From sequence record PX915678.1: a stretch of 64,000 nt of DNA, one strand, 5' to 3'. Below, piece by piece: positions 38,938 through 47,681 of the stretch; position 1 is the stretch's first letter; the number at the start of each line of letters is the position of its first letter. The notes under the pieces were generated by a model. That model saw only the letters and a list, made by a program, of their open reading frames with translations. It made no database searches and was not told where the DNA came from. The position numbers and the translations under genes were made by a program. The DNA is from a phage.

Positions 38938-39332
38938 CGTGATTCCTTAACAAATTTCATAATTTCATCAAATTCATACGCAGCAAGTTTAAGCTGATGT
39001 TCTTTTTTAATCTTTTTGCACTGGGCTTTCCAATCACGTACACGTTTACGATAGTGTCTTCCTTGATACCAGTATCCTACCCAATTTACAGGTACTAATA
39101 AAAACGGAACTACCAATGGAAGAATTAGTGTTGCTCCAAATATTACACCAGATTCAATATCAGTCATAACGTCTATAACCATTCCAGCAATCAGCAGAAT
39201 CACAAATGATACAGCTACCACAGGACCTATTAATACATCAGTAGGAATTAGCTGACGCTTTGGTTCATACTTCACAGGTTTACTTGGAAGGTATAGTGAT
39301 GGCTTTGACATATTCTCTACATTCCTTAACAA
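38919..39332 (-). CDS. membrane protein, e-region paralog 3
   Basis: 137-aa ORF; TM segments; C-terminus ...KFVKESRCKSQN. Confidence 0.5.
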   Translation of the reverse strand: MLRNVENMSKPSLYLPSKPVKYEPKRQLIPTDVLIGPVVAVSFVILLIAGMVIDVMTDIESGVIFGATLILPLVVPFLLVPVNWVGYWYQGRHYRKRVRDWKAQCKKIKKEHQLKLAAYEFDEIMKFVKESRCKSQN

Positions 39333-39894
39333 ATTTTTCTAATAATAAATCGCTTTCAAAATTGGGATTTTCCACGAATTTATCAAAAAGATCATCAACA
39401 GTAGTTAAGATATTCTTTTTGCTAAGAATACGTTTATTTTCATGCTTTGTTTCAGAATCAACTATAAGAGTAAAGAAATATTTCTTTCCCTGAAATTTTA
39501 CCGTAGTATCAATATAGAACAAATTTGACTTTTGTAAATTACGTTTAAACCATGCATCACTTAAACTATAAACGCCAAGATAATCATAATCGTCGTTTAA
39601 ATAACAAACCGTCCATTCAGGAGAAATGAAATCAGTAAATTCAACATCAAAATCACATGTCAATGAATGAATTGATTCAATACTGTTAATGAGTATTCCA
39701 GGACGTATTAAAGACTTTTTACCTCTAGAAAATCTTCCGGAAAGGCTTTCATCAGTTTCGTATGAAGACCCCCAATAGTAATTACGTCCTTCTGCCATGC
39801 GTTTAAGAGCATTTAGTAATTGGTCTGGAACATCAACCTGTCTTTGGAACTCTTCAAACATTGAATTGAAATCACTTTGCATTTTCATTTTCAT
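39280..39894 (-). CDS. hypothetical protein
   Basis: 204-aa ORF. Confidence 0.5.
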   Translation of the reverse strand: MKMKMQSDFNSMFEEFQRQVDVPDQLLNALKRMAEGRNYYWGSSYETDESLSGRFSRGKKSLIRPGILINSIESIHSLTCDFDVEFTDFISPEWTVCYLNDDYDYLGVYSLSDAWFKRNLQKSNLFYIDTTVKFQGKKYFFTLIVDSETKHENKRILSKKNILTTVDDLFDKFVENPNFESDLLLEKFVKECREYVKAITIPSK

Positions 39895-39911
39895 TCCTAT
39901 TTACTCCAAGT

Positions 39912-39933
39912 ATAAGGGGCCGAAGCCCCTTAT
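39912..39933 (-). terminator. GC stem-loop (AUAAGGGGC-UUCG-GCCCCUUAU)
   Basis: Inverted repeat between ORFs 39936-40529 and 39280-39894. Confidence 0.45.
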
Positions 39934-39935
39934 CA

Positions 39936-40529
39936 TTATTTCAGAGAATTAATGTATTCCTGAACATCGGCAGAGGTAGTTTCAACCCCAGAAATATTAC
40001 CGTTAAAGGTTTCAACTCGAGCAAGGGTATCTTCAATATCAACCTTAGTCAGTGCTGCAATTTCAACTACATCATCGGCAGTACTAATTCCAAGGGCATT
40101 TGCTGCACGAGTTTCACGGATATATTCCAATTTAACCGCAAGTTCTTGGCGAGCATCATCTAACTCAACTACTTTCTTGGCGATTTCAATTCGCATTTCA
40201 GCATAACCGTCAGCCTTAGTAGTCAACTGCTCAGCTGTTCGACGATATAGTAAACCGAGTTTAGCATGCATTGTTACATCTTGACCTTCGGAAAGAAGTT
40301 TACGAATTTCACGCTCTTTTGATTCGGCCTGTCGATTCTTTTCGACAATAAGTTCACGAATACGTTTTTCTTCATTAATAGATTTAACAGAAGCAGTTTT
40401 TAGATCTTTAATTTTATCAAGTAGTTTTGCTGCTGCAGCAGTATACTGTTCTTCAACAGATAAATTTTTAGCCATAGCAGAACCAAGTTTAGTGCGAATA
40501 AATTCAACAATTTTCTTCAGTGTGTTCAT
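39936..40529 (-). CDS. coiled-coil protein (PspA/IM30-like architecture?)
   Basis: 197-aa ORF, almost entirely heptad-rich charged helix. Confidence 0.45.
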   Translation of the reverse strand: MNTLKKIVEFIRTKLGSAMAKNLSVEEQYTAAAAKLLDKIKDLKTASVKSINEEKRIRELIVEKNRQAESKEREIRKLLSEGQDVTMHAKLGLLYRRTAEQLTTKADGYAEMRIEIAKKVVELDDARQELAVKLEYIRETRAANALGISTADDVVEIAALTKVDIEDTLARVETFNGNISGVETTSADVQEYINSLK

Positions 40530-40571
40530 AGTATTTCCTTAGGTTGATTAAAAATAAAATCTGTGGAAGAA

Positions 40572-41117
40572 TTATATCATACTATTTAAGAGATGTAAAC
40601 TATTTTTAATTTTACAAATTCGTTCAGCTTCTTCAACGGCGGCGGCGATAATGCTTTTAGCTATAGGAGTACTAATACTAGTAGCTTTTACACTTAACAC
40701 GATTTCTTTATCTTTACTAGGCCAACCCCATGATTTTTCACCATGAGTGCCTTTAATTACAGCAGACACCTCAAGTGAGCATCCACTGTCACATGTTTTT
40801 ACATTAACAACCCAAGGGTCACTTTTCTCAACCGATTTCTCAGCCGGTTTATCCCAGTAAATATTAAGAATACGTGGGACATCAAATTTAGCAGGGCAAA
40901 TCTTAACTGTAAGACCTTCGCTTTCTAGCCAATTAATAAGAGGGCGTTCATACATGCGGCGATGTGGGCTTTGGACTCGACAAGCCTTGTGCCCATTGCT
41001 TGCGGCTTCACTAAGCTGTTCTAATACCTGTTTTTGCATTATTGATAAGATATCATCAAAAGATTTTTCGGAAGTTTCATTCAGTTCGGTATAAAGAGAC
41101 ATAACGGTTTTCCTCAA
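40572..41117 (-). CDS. hypothetical protein
   Basis: 181-aa ORF. Confidence 0.5.
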   Translation of the reverse strand: MRKTVMSLYTELNETSEKSFDDILSIMQKQVLEQLSEAASNGHKACRVQSPHRRMYERPLINWLESEGLTVKICPAKFDVPRILNIYWDKPAEKSVEKSDPWVVNVKTCDSGCSLEVSAVIKGTHGEKSWGWPSKDKEIVLSVKATSISTPIAKSIIAAAVEEAERICKIKNSLHLLNSMI

Positions 41118-41158
41118 GTTACAGGCTCATAATATCTCAATCATGAGCCTATATAAAC

Positions 41159-41422
41159 TTATTTCATATTATTGAAATATTCTTCTGCGATTTCGTCGTT
41201 ATCGTGGTAAACTTTAGAAGACAGTTTAACATAACCTTCTGCTGTGAACATATTAATCACAACCTTTACAGTATACCACTGTCCGTCTTCATTACCCATT
41301 ACTGCGTAAGTTTCAAACATCGGATGGTCAGGACCGATAACTTTAATATCATTCACTGTACGACCGAAATCTTCTGAAACGCATTTCATAAAGAAGTTGA
41401 ACAGTTCGCCGTAATTATCCAT
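41159..41422 (-). CDS. hypothetical protein
   Basis: ORF from MDNYGELFNFFMK (SD GGAGAA) downstream of early promoter; track ORF extends spuriously upstream. Confidence 0.5.
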   Translation of the reverse strand: MDNYGELFNFFMKCVSEDFGRTVNDIKVIGPDHPMFETYAVMGNEDGQWYTVKVVINMFTAEGYVKLSSKVYHDNDEIAEEYFNNMK

Positions 41423-41460
41423 TTCATTCTCCAAGTTGTTTTTCTGTATCAGTAGTTGAT

Positions 41461-41496
41461 AGTTATATAGTACCATGGAAGAACAGGGATGTAAAT
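41461..41496 (-). promoter_or_regulatory. T4 early-type promoter
   Basis: mRNA-sense CACAAAACTATTTACATCCCTGTTCTTCCATGGTACTATATAACTATCAAC. Confidence 0.5.
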
Positions 41497-41631
41497 AGTT
41501 TTGTGAAAAAATTTTTAAAAATTTTTAGGGAATTCTAGGGCAGGGAGGGGCAATTAAAAGATAGGATAATATATTATAAAGGGTATAAACTAAATGATGC
41601 CTAGAGAGGTCCAGAAAGGCCTAGATACCAA

Positions 41632-41660
41632 AAAGCCCCAACCTTTCGGCTGGGGCTAAG
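41632..41660 (-). terminator. rho-independent terminator (copy 1 of duplicated element)
   Basis: mRNA-sense CUUAGCCCCAGCCGAAAGGUUGGGGCUUUUU directly after stop of ORF 41665-42138. Confidence 0.65.
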
Positions 41661-41664
41661 AATG

Positions 41665-42138
41665 TTATTTGATTTGTTTAGCAGACCAAATGCGGTCTTT
41701 AATAATTTTTTGGATGTCTTCAACATACTCAAGAGAGTGAGCATGTGGGTTATCTTTGAAACTATAAGCACGAGCTAGCTTTTGACCTTCGGTTTTGATT
41801 ACTAAAAGCTCTTTAAGGATAGCTTCATATTTAGCGATAATTCCTTTAACGATATTTTTTTCTTGTGCAGCTTTAGGATCTGCTTTAGGAGCAGGTTTAC
41901 CCGAAGCCTTTGCAAAAGCAGCTCCAGTAGCAACTAAACTTTTCCAGGCCATACTAACTGCATTTCCCGTAAATCCTTCTGCTTTCATGTCGCGAGCAAA
42001 TTGGAATCGTGATTCGTCAGAAGCATCTTTATAGGAATATTTACCCGCTGCAATGGCTGCTTTTGCGACAGCTTGAATTTCGGTGCTAGATGCTTCATTT
42101 AACACCGCTTCATTTAAAAATTGAGCATATGATTTCAT
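41665..42138 (-). CDS. internal protein (IP) family member with capsid-targeting N-terminus
   Basis: 157-aa ORF beginning MKSYAQFLNEAVLNE; Ala/Lys-rich; own late promoter and terminator. Confidence 0.6.
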   Translation of the reverse strand: MKSYAQFLNEAVLNEASSTEIQAVAKAAIAAGKYSYKDASDESRFQFARDMKAEGFTGNAVSMAWKSLVATGAAFAKASGKPAPKADPKAAQEKNIVKGIIAKYEAILKELLVIKTEGQKLARAYSFKDNPHAHSLEYVEDIQKIIKDRIWSAKQIK

Positions 42139-42167
42139 CTTATTTCCTGTTTTAATTCGTGGATTTA

Positions 42168-42175
42168 ATATACTA
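42168..42175 (-). promoter_or_regulatory. late promoter (TATAAATA) for IP cassette
   Basis: mRNA-sense AGTATAAATATAG about 30 nt upstream of ATG at 42138. Confidence 0.55.
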
Positions 42176-42185
42176 CTATATTTAT

Positions 42186-42216
42186 ACTAAAAAGCCCCAA
42201 CCTTTCGGTCGGGGCT
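42186..42216 (-). terminator. rho-independent terminator (copy 2 of duplicated element)
   Basis: mRNA-sense CUUAGCCCCGACCGAAAGGUUGGGGCUUUUU; ends the tRNA/stable-RNA transcription unit. Confidence 0.65.
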
Positions 42217-42523
42217 AAGCCTTGCGGCAACCTTGTCGGGGTTCCACCTGCTAAGGCAAGTGTTTGTACGAAACGCCGGGATTCGAACCCGGTTATTAAG
42301 CAGTTGACGCTACTCAATATTTTTTAAAAGGCCATATCTCGACCATATCCGAACGTTCCGTCAAAAACGCTACTCGGCTTACGGCAAAGATATTTCCTCG
42401 AATCGATAATTCGGTGCGCCGTTTCAGCTGTGATAGTAAAGAACCAGAACACAGTAAAACTGTGGGAGGAACTATACTCCAGGGAGCATCAATCCGACGA
42501 CTTACCGGTAGCGACCCGGTTTC
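42217..42523 (-). ncRNA. candidate stable structured RNA(s), possibly degenerate tRNA-like
   Basis: ~300 nt without ORF, GC-richer than surroundings, bounded by ORF/tRNA array and terminator; tRNA T-arm-like CCGGGTTCGAATCCCGG (42276-42292) plus several hairpins. Confidence 0.3.
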
Positions 42524-42874
42524 TTAATATTCTTTTAAAGCATCAATCTGTTCACGGCGTTTACGCCATAAATCAATTGCTTCATACGCAGATTCAGCAT
42601 TTCGAATTAGTCGGCATTTGTGTAAAGACTTGTGATTTTGATATTGTGTAGATAACGAAATTTTATCTAAAAGGTCTTTACGTTCAAAGTATTCGTAACC
42701 ATCTAAGCCAAATGAACGATTTTTGAGAAATTGCCAATGACCATATTCGTTTTCGACATAAACATAATCCGCGTGTTGATAAAGCAAATTAATTACACGT
42801 TCAGAAATAACAGTGTCATTGTGATTAAAATAGAATGTTAAATCATGAACTACTAAATAAACATTACCTTTCAT
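42524..42874 (-). CDS. hypothetical protein
   Basis: 116-aa ORF immediately 3' of tRNA-Arg. Confidence 0.5.
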   Translation of the reverse strand: MKGNVYLVVHDLTFYFNHNDTVISERVINLLYQHADYVYVENEYGHWQFLKNRSFGLDGYEYFERKDLLDKISLSTQYQNHKSLHKCRLIRNAESAYEAIDLWRKRREQIDALKEY

Positions 42875-42890
42875 ATTTTCCTCACTTAAT

Positions 42891-42966
42891 TGGTCGAGGC
42901 AGTAGGGATCGAACCTACGACCTAGGACTTAGAAGGTCCTTGCTCTTCCTTCTGAGCTATGCCTCG
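42891..42966 (-). tRNA. tRNA-Arg (anticodon UCU)
   Basis: Cloverleaf CGAGGCA/TGCCTCG acceptor, anticodon arm AGGAC-CTTCTAA-GTCCT, T-arm GTAGG-TTCGATC-CCTAC, encoded CCA. Confidence 0.85.
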
Positions 42967-42970
42967 TATT

Positions 42971-43045
42971 TGGCGGACGTGATAGGATTCGAACCTATAA
43001 CCAATCGCTTAACAGGCGATCGCTCTGCCATTGAGCTACACATCC
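42971..43045 (-). tRNA. tRNA-Asn (anticodon GUU)
   Basis: GGATGTG acceptor, anticodon arm ATCGC-CTGTTAA-GCGAT, T-arm ATAGG-TTCGAAT-CCTAT, CCA encoded. Confidence 0.75.
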
Positions 43046-43049
43046 AAAT

Positions 43050-43136
43050 TGGTGGGGAGTGATGGAGTCGAACCACCCGAGTCGCAATGACAATGAATTT
43101 ACAGTCCACACCGCTACCTCTACGGGATAACTCCCC
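43050..43136 (-). tRNA. tRNA-Tyr (anticodon GUA), long variable arm
   Basis: GGGGAGT/ACTCCCC acceptor, anticodon loop CTGTAAA, variable arm TGTCATTGCGACTCG, T-loop TTCGACT, CCA encoded; 87 nt. Confidence 0.7.
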
Positions 43137-43149
43137 TTAATTCTTAATT

Positions 43150-43224
43150 TGGTGGCCCTGGGTGGAATTGAACCACCATCTGGCGATTATGAGTCGCTTG
43201 CTTGAACCTTCCAGCTACAGGGCC
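43150..43224 (-). tRNA. tRNA with CAU anticodon (Ile2-like; Met not excluded)
   Basis: GGCCCTG/CAGGGCC acceptor, anticodon loop CTCATAA, T-arm GGTGG-TTCAATT-CCACC. Confidence 0.75.
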
Positions 43225-43225
43225 T

Positions 43226-43301
43226 TGGTGCTGATTGACGGAATCGAACCGCCGACCTTCTCATTACAAGTGAGTTGCTCTACCTACTGAGCTAAATCAG
43301 C
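43226..43301 (-). tRNA. tRNA-Thr (anticodon UGU)
   Basis: GCTGATT acceptor, D-arm GCTC-AGTAGGTA-GAGC, anticodon loop CTTGTAA, T-loop TTCGATT. Confidence 0.8.
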
Positions 43302-43306
43302 AAAAC

Positions 43307-43396
43307 TGGCGGAGGCGATAGGATTTGAACCTATGAGTCGCCGGAGCGACTGCCGGTTTTCAAGACCGGTGCATTAAACCACTCTGCCACGCCTCC
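43307..43396 (-). tRNA. tRNA-Ser (anticodon UGA), long variable arm
   Basis: GGAGGCG acceptor, anticodon arm CCGGT-CTTGAAA-ACCGG, long variable arm, T-loop TTCAAAT. Confidence 0.85.
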
Positions 43397-43398
43397 AG

Positions 43399-43472
43399 TC
43401 TCCATACAAGGATTTGAACCTTGGACCTCCTGATCCCAAATCAGGCGCTCTACCAAACTGAGCTACACGGAG
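43399..43472 (-). tRNA. tRNA-Pro (anticodon UGG); CCA not encoded
   Basis: CTCCGTG acceptor, anticodon arm CCTGA-TTTGGGA-TCAGG, T-loop TTCAAAT; abuts tRNA-Ser 5' end (dimeric precursor). Confidence 0.8.
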
Positions 43473-43482
43473 TAAATTAAAT

Positions 43483-43556
<74 letters not shown>

Positions 43557-43561
43557 AAATT

Positions 43562-43649
43562 TGGTGCGAGAAGTGGGACTCGAACCCACAAGGAAATCAT
43601 TCCGCAGCATTTTAAGTGCTGTGCCTTTACCAATTTGACCATTCTCGCG
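43562..43649 (-). tRNA. tRNA-Leu (anticodon UAA), long variable arm
   Basis: GCGAGAA/TTCTCGC acceptor, anticodon arm CAGCA-CTTAAAA-TGCTG, T-loop TTCGAGT. Confidence 0.85.
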
Positions 43650-43723
43650 CTGGGAATAAAGGACTCGAACCTTTGCATCTAGCAGTCAAAGTGCTATGCC
43701 TTACCAACTTGGCTAATTCCCAA
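43650..43723 (-). tRNA. tRNA-Gln (anticodon UUG); CCA not encoded
   Basis: TGGGAAT/ATTCCCA acceptor, anticodon arm TAGCA-CTTTGAC-TGCTA; 3' end directly abuts tRNA-Leu 5' end. Confidence 0.85.
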
Positions 43724-43808
43724 TTATTAACAAAGGCTCTCAAACAAGAACCCTTGATGATAGAGGGTATTAATCAGTGCGATATGAGTTAATAATAACA
43801 AATAATTC

Positions 43809-44324
43809 TTAAAGCAAATTAAACATTTTAACGGTCGGCAAAACAATTTCTTCTTCGATATAAGCAAATTCTACATGTTCAACTACACGCAAGAAATCAT
43901 ATTCATAGTATTCAGAAGCATGACCAAGAATATCAATGAGGCCTTCAGATATCTTATTACCATTCACAAAGAATAAGTCAAATACACGTTCTTCATCTTC
44001 TTCGGATTTATTACCAAGGTCAACTTCTATATCAAAAACTTTTTTAATGAATTCTGGATAAAGTTGGTCTGAGAACAGTCCTTCAACCAAATATTCATAT
44101 ATAAAAAGCTCCTGCTCGCTGAACAAACCATTACCACAATAACGGTCAGCTTTAGTGCTAGAATGACGACTCTTAAACTTCTTCAAGAGATATTTAAATT
44201 GCTGGAGCTCATGCTCTTCTACACCAAATAGTGTTTTGGTTTTATAGTTGTCACCATCATTTTCATAGGTAGTGACATCAATTACGTAGCCCTTAGGAAT
44301 TGTGCTGCCTAAACGAATATACAT
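43809..44324 (-). CDS. hypothetical acidic protein
   Basis: 171-aa ORF ending just upstream of tRNA-Gln. Confidence 0.5.
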   Translation of the reverse strand: MYIRLGSTIPKGYVIDVTTYENDGDNYKTKTLFGVEEHELQQFKYLLKKFKSRHSSTKADRYCGNGLFSEQELFIYEYLVEGLFSDQLYPEFIKKVFDIEVDLGNKSEEDEERVFDLFFVNGNKISEGLIDILGHASEYYEYDFLRVVEHVEFAYIEEEIVLPTVKMFNLL

Positions 44325-44620
44325 TTGCTCACCATATTAATGTAAGTATATTTAATACATTCAAGATCCAAAGGATTCTTGAAAATATCATATTCAAGAG
44401 GACCTTTTTCTGTTTCAATAAAGAAATCAAAATTTACTGTATTAAATTTACGGTCTTCCTTTACTAATTTAACTTGAGAAGATGAACGGTCAATGTAAAC
44501 CTTTTCAACTTCAAAATATGTTAAAATACCATAATCATCAATCAAGGATTTAGCTGCTTCTTGATCATATTTATATCCATTTTCAATGGATGATACTTTC
44601 GCATAAAGAATCATTATCAA
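44309..44620 (-). CDS. hypothetical protein
   Basis: 103-aa ORF. Confidence 0.5.
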   Translation of the reverse strand: MIMILYAKVSSIENGYKYDQEAAKSLIDDYGILTYFEVEKVYIDRSSSQVKLVKEDRKFNTVNFDFFIETEKGPLEYDIFKNPLDLECIKYTYINMVSKCIFV

Positions 44621-45006
44621 CCTTCATCAACAATAGTGTGCGTATTGGCATTAACTATTTGCCACCAATCAAAGCGATTAGAACCATACATCGGTTTGTT
44701 TTCATTTTCTTTGATAATGTCACGGAGTTCATCTTCGGTAGCGGCTTTCGCTATTAAATCAGCATATCCACCACGAGGATAATAATTATCACCTGCAAAA
44801 AGTAAAAAGTTTGGTTTAATGTTATTGAACTCTTCAAGAGTAATAACTTTTCCTGACGGTTGAACAATCTCTACATATTTATATCCCAATTTTTGAGCAG
44901 CATCTACTGCTTCAAGCAAAGTATCATGAGCCCATCCAATTTGACAACCTGGCTTTTCAGATGGATTAGCCTGATAATCCGCATACACTTTATACATTCT
45001 ATTCAC
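44617..45006 (-). CDS. hypothetical protein
   Basis: 129-aa ORF. Confidence 0.5.
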   Translation of the reverse strand: MNRMYKVYADYQANPSEKPGCQIGWAHDTLLEAVDAAQKLGYKYVEIVQPSGKVITLEEFNNIKPNFLLFAGDNYYPRGGYADLIAKAATEDELRDIIKENENKPMYGSNRFDWWQIVNANTHTIVDEG

Positions 45007-45184
45007 CTTTAGAAATTTTATCCATAACGATAGCGATTAAACCAATTAAAAATGCTACTACAAGTGAAAACACATTTTCTGCTGTAGTTAATAATCCGCA
45101 TATAAATCCAACAAACATTGAAAAACTAAAAGCGGAAGCAGAAATTGCAATAGCAACATTTCGAATTAATTCACAACGTTTCAT
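44999..45184 (-). CDS. small membrane protein
   Basis: 61-aa ORF MKRCELIRNVAIAISASAFSFSMFVGFICGLL..., two hydrophobic helices; SD GAGGAG; downstream of early promoter. Confidence 0.5.
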   Translation of the reverse strand: MKRCELIRNVAIAISASAFSFSMFVGFICGLLTTAENVFSLVVAFLIGLIAIVMDKISKGE

Positions 45185-45209
45185 TTTATTCTCCTCAGTA
45201 GTTGATAGG

Positions 45210-45260
45210 GTAATAGTATCACAACTAAAACCCTATGTAAACAACTTTGTGAAATTATTT
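45210..45260 (-). promoter_or_regulatory. T4 early-type promoter
   Basis: mRNA-sense AAATAATTTCACAAAGTTGTTTACATAGGGTTTTAGTTGTGATACTATTACC. Confidence 0.6.
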
Positions 45261-45512
45261 TAAATCTTCTAATCGTTTCTTCATCTTAGAACCGTTCTTA
45301 GCGATTTCGCCTGCATCTGAGCATAATGCTAAAAGTGCTTTAACTTTAGTTTGGTCTCCTTTAAAAGATGAAGGATCGACTGCAGCAGCAAGTTCTTTAA
45401 TACGAGAGAAAAGACGCTCAGCTTCAGCTAAAGCCATTCCAAGCTTTACTTCCATACCGTGGGAAGATTCAGTGATAGTAGTTTTTGTAGCAAACTCTTT
45501 GAAAGTTTTCAT
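45255..45512 (-). CDS. internal protein, ipI-locus (capsid-targeting N-terminus)
   Basis: 85-aa ORF MKTFKEFATKTTITESSHG...; location adjacent to 57B as for T4 ipI. Confidence 0.6.
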   Translation of the reverse strand: MKTFKEFATKTTITESSHGMEVKLGMALAEAERLFSRIKELAAAVDPSSFKGDQTKVKALLALCSDAGEIAKNGSKMKKRLEDLK

Positions 45513-45539
45513 TTTATTTTCCTAATTAATTTTGATGAG

Positions 45540-46281
<742 letters not shown>

Positions 46282-46282
<1 letters not shown>

Positions 46283-46995
46283 TATAGTACCTTTAGTGTA
46301 TTTTCAATTTTAGAAAAAAGTTCTTCAAGAGAACCATCGTTTGTAATTACTAAATCGCCATCACGAATTGGCAATCCAGCTTCTGTAATATGTGTATCAT
46401 TGGATTTTTGACCAGGACGAACTACATGAATTACTGTAGCACCCATCGCCCTAGCCGCATCCATTTCATGATCTTGACGAGTATCAGGAACGATATAGTA
46501 ATCATAACCTGAGTTAAATTTATCAAGATAATCTAAAGCAAATAATTTTACCCAATACATGCGGTCGAAGTTATTAACAATCAAATCCGTACCTAGGGCT
46601 TGCATCAGACGACGGACTGACCATTGATCTTCAATATTATTTATAACGTCAGCAATCTTGTTAAATGCTACGAAATTAACTGCGTCATCAAAAACAAACA
46701 CGCCTTTAATTGGGCTTTTACTATTAAGATAGCAAAATGCTTGTTCCATAATCGTAATTACTTCTAATTTAGTCAGATTTAAATTAGTCTCACGATCATA
46801 GTCAATTCCTTCAAACTCTTTACGAGTTAAGCAAGGATAGTCAGTGCTTGCTGCAAATACACCCCATGCATAAGCCAATGCATCTTTAATAGGACCAGCA
46901 AGTTGATATTTAACTGCAGAATAATTTTCCATGATAAAATCTGCAGTAGTATCTTTTCCACTACGCTTTACACCACTTAAAAAGATTAGTTTCAT
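46282..46995 (-). CDS. 1: deoxynucleoside monophosphate kinase gp1
   Basis: 237-aa ORF with P-loop GVKRSGKDT; synteny 57A-1-3. Confidence 0.85.
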
Positions 46996-47044
46996 ATGTT
47001 TCTCCTCAAATTTAGTTAAGATTATAACACATGAAACTGAAGCA

Positions 47045-47575
47045 TTAAACTTCTGCTATAATTTTGCCATCTTTTTCTACTTGAAAATACGTATAAGGAA
47101 TCGTTGCTGTGCATACTAAGGCTGGGTCTGAATCTTCCGTGTAGCTAAATTCTACTTCAGAGAGGTCAGAAACCCAAGGCTTATAAAAATTTATTGACAT
47201 CACGATTTCAGTTTTACTATTATCTAAAATGTAAAGCGTAATGTATTCAGGACCTGTTTTTTGGGCAGTATTTTCGCCTGTAAGATAGTTACTAGTTCCT
47301 AGCATCCATTCATACATTCCTATCCATGACTTAAGCTCTTCATCAACTATAAATCTCACGATGAGTGGATCATACTCAAATGTAACTCCTGGACGCTGTG
47401 CTCGGCCTAGTCCAAACGGCCCAGTCACGGTATCAGTAACAGGTATCCTAATTCCTGGAATAGGAACTGACTGAGCATTTAAAGTAAAAGCAGATGTAGT
47501 ATTACTATGTGGTATTGATACTACAAAGTTAGTTGTATTTGCTTGGTTAAAAATTTGTTGTAGTGCTTGCGACAT
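47045..47575 (-). CDS. 3: tail sheath stabiliser/tail completion protein gp3
   Basis: ORF from MSQALQQIFNQ (176 aa, T4 gp3 size); between genes 1 and 2. Confidence 0.7.
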   Translation of the reverse strand: MSQALQQIFNQANTTNFVVSIPHSNTTSAFTLNAQSVPIPGIRIPVTDTVTGPFGLGRAQRPGVTFEYDPLIVRFIVDEELKSWIGMYEWMLGTSNYLTGENTAQKTGPEYITLYILDNSKTEIVMSINFYKPWVSDLSEVEFSYTEDSDPALVCTATIPYTYFQVEKDGKIIAEV

Positions 47576-47681
47576 ATATTCCTCATAATGCTTCATAAAT
47601 GTTGGTGGTATAATGGGTCTAAGTCCCTTCCATTCAATTCCAATTAGAACAAACAATAGAAAAGAATGGAAGATAATAGAA

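Noticed and set aside
42430-42651. Plus-strand 73-aa ORF in the tRNA-adjacent region
   Set aside because: Opposite strand to the tRNA/ncRNA transcription unit and overlapping the minus-strand 116-aa ORF; no SD; likely spurious.
43730-43810. Looked for a GIY-YIG homing endonuclease (segB-like) flanking the tRNA cluster, as in T4
   Set aside because: Neither flanking ORF (43809-44324 or 42524-42874) contains GIY/YIG motifs; no segB equivalent appears to be present.
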